Source: a virus
Lineage: Duplodnaviria > Caudoviricetes
Length of the DNA: 58,355 bases
IMG/VR virus record: IMGVR_UViG_3300036760_000091
Location: 1 to 58,355 of that record
Reading direction: 5' to 3' (one strand)
Positions 56,773-58,355 of the stretch are shown piece by piece. Positions within the stretch are counted from its first letter, which is position 1. Each line of letters begins with the position of its first letter. The notes under the pieces were generated by a model. It did no database searches. It saw nothing but the letters and a program-made list of their open reading frames with translations, and was not told the DNA's origin. The position numbers and the translations under genes are program-made.

Positions 56773-57371
56773 TTGAAGCCCGAAGGGGCGGTGTTTGATC
56801 GGTCGTGGCGCGAGCGGAGCCAGGTGGTTCCGTGCTCGATAACTGACGTAGACGAGTTCGTCCGCCATCACCATTACCTCCACAAGCGGCCGGGCGTTGT
56901 CGTGCTCGCCATGATGTTGACGATTGATGGCTTCGCCAACGGCACCGTTGTCTACTCCTTACCCCCCCTGAAATTGAAGTACGGTATGGCGGTAAGACGT
57001 GGGAGCTGGCGCGGGTCTACCTTTGGGACGAGATCCCACGGAACGCCGAGACGTGGCTGATCGCGCAAACAATCCGCTATATCAAGAAGAACCATCGAGA
57101 CGTCATGTGCCTTGTGAGCTACGCTGACCCGTCGGCGGGACACACCGGAATCATCTACAAGGCTGGCAACTGGATTGAAGACGGCAGCACCGACGAAGGG
57201 CGTTCAACGCCGCGCTTCGATCTTGTGGATGTTGCGACGAAGAAGAAGTACGGCCGGGCGTCTCATGTGCCAGAAGGTAGAGACGTGGAGCGACTCGCGC
57301 GCGTGTCCAAGCGCCGGTATAAGTATGTGCTCAAGGTAGGACTACTTGACAAGAAGACGGAGGCTGAATAA
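56773..57371 (+). CDS. Mom-family DNA-modification protein, frameshifted at a C7 tract
   Basis: HHYLH...VVYS in frame 1; WELAR...PRNAETWLI...LVSYADP..GHTGIIYKAGNW in the -1 frame. Confidence 0.8.
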
Positions 57372-57375
57372 CAAT
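57342..57375 (+). promoter_or_regulatory. Sigma70-type promoter with a conserved 17-mer
   Basis: CTACTTGACAAGAAGAC; TTGACA-N17-TAACAA(T). Confidence 0.65.
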
Positions 57376-57428
57376 ACGCCCTGTCAGTGGAGCGGGACCT
57401 CCACGGCAGTCTCGAAAGGACAATTGAA

Positions 57429-57677
57429 ATGTCGAAGTTCAAGGTGCCTACCACGCCCAAGCAGATCGACAAGCTGATCGAAGAGGTCTTCTACACCGCC
57501 CACTTCCGAGGCGTCGAGATCAGCGTGATGGAGATCCCGGCGCTGTTCAAGATCGCCCGGACGGCCTACATCGAATCAATGCACGAGGCCCCACTCACGC
57601 CGGAGTCGCTCGACGCCGCGAAGAACGCGATGTTTGTGGCGATGGCCCAGAAGATGAAGAAGGACGGCGCGCTGTGA
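57429..57677 (+). CDS. Hypothetical protein
   Basis: aaagga RBS and ATG at 57429. Confidence 0.6.
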   Translation: MSKFKVPTTPKQIDKLIEEVFYTAHFRGVEISVMEIPALFKIARTAYIESMHEAPLTPESLDAAKNAMFVAMAQKMKKDGAL

Positions 57678-57910
57678 GGCGCTGCGCGAAGTTCCGCGTC
57701 CTCGGCCGCTTCGAGATGGCGAGCCGGGCCAGCGTCGGCACGGTGACGATCGATCGGACGTCTGAGACGTTCAGCGTCCGCCAGCTCCGGCATCGTCGGG
57801 TGTTCACGGTGAGCCTGTCAGCGGTGGCCGAATATGTCGTTCGGTCGCTGCTCCAGGCAGAGGCGCGCGAGAAGGCTGCGGCCAAACGCGCGCGGAAAGG
57901 ACGGCGGTAG
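57674..57910 (+). CDS. Hypothetical protein
   Basis: GTGA coupling. Confidence 0.55.
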   Translation: MRRCAKFRVLGRFEMASRASVGTVTIDRTSETFSVRQLRHRRVFTVSLSAVAEYVVRSLLQAEAREKAAAKRARKGRR

Positions 57911-57954
57911 AGAACCGGAGTGGTCTAATATTCGACAACTTGAAGGAGAAGCAC

Positions 57955-58355
57955 ATGGCACTTGAAGTCACCGTTCACACGATTAAGAACCGCTGGTCAG
58001 ATGCGACGATCTGGGAAGGCGAAGCCTCTTCCATGAGTGACGCGCTGGAAAAGGCGTACCTCACGGGCGCGACCCTCACGGGCGCGACCCTCAGGGGCGC
58101 GAACCTCACGGACGCGAACCTCACGGACGCGTACCTCACGGACGCGAACCTCACGGACGCGTACCTCACGGGCGCGAACCTCACGGACGCGAACCTCACG
58201 GACGCGTACCTCACGGACGCGAACCTCACGGACGCGACCCTCACGGGCGCGAACCTCAGGGGCGCGAACCTCACGGACGCGACCCTCAGGGGCGCGACCC
58301 TCAGGGGCGCGAACCTCACGGACGCGAACCTCACGGACGCGTACCTCACGGACGC
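57955..58355 (+). CDS. Pentapeptide-repeat protein, 5' part (runs off the end)
   Basis: aaggag RBS; MALEVTVHTIKNRWSDATIWEGE...LEKA followed by A(N/Y/T)L(T/R)(D/G) repeats. Confidence 0.85.
   Translation, partial: MALEVTVHTIKNRWSDATIWEGEASSMSDALEKAYLTGATLTGATLRGANLTDANLTDAYLTDANLTDAYLTGANLTDANLTDAYLTDANLTDATLTGANLRGANLTDATLRGATLRGANLTDANLTDAYLTD
58053..58355 (+). repeat. 15-nt tandem repeat, same unit as at the window start
   Basis: Same unit and variable positions as 11-253. Confidence 0.95.

Noticed and set aside
57975-58349. Minus-strand RFAS/RYAS repeat protein
   Set aside because: Antisense reading of the pentapeptide repeat
1-58355. Genome-wide stop-codon reassignment
   Set aside because: Core genes are intact in the standard code and end with TAA, TAG and TGA

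Overview
A near-complete, probably circularly permuted ~58 kb GC-rich tailed-phage genome with P22-like podovirus morphogenesis genes. All supportable genes are on the + strand, and the contig breaks inside a pentapeptide-repeat gene that spans both ends. Gene order: terS; terL ATPase half; a cassette of ~13 small genes including tatA and two twin-arginine-signal ORFs; terL nuclease half; portal; scaffold; coat; four signal-peptide proteins; head-tail/gp10-like genes; GNAT and 2OG oxygenase; ejection proteins; a 3519-aa DarB-like MTase/SNF2 protein; tail; lysis (L,D-transpeptidase-fold lysin); then early/replication genes (KTSC, ERF, exonuclease, SF2 helicase, DnaB, resolvase-like, MT-A70, frameshifted Mom-like). 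It carries seven free-standing homing-type endonucleases plus remnants. I found no integrase, CI repressor, tRNA or CRISPR. Most notable: (1) a split terminase with a Tat-related cassette inside it, including a Tat-signal protein built from coat-like and gp10-like fragments; (2) six copies of the palindrome TCCCGACGTCGGGA, one inside the putative DNA-binding domain of the MT-A70 gene; (3) endonuclease genes that duplicate and recode neighbouring gene termini; (4) Sec-signal, even-cysteine proteins in the capsid module; (5) an overprinted gene inside the giant protein; (6) a hairpin-dense region before the replication genes; (7) a poly-C frameshift in the mom-like gene. All family calls come from motifs read by eye, with no database searches.
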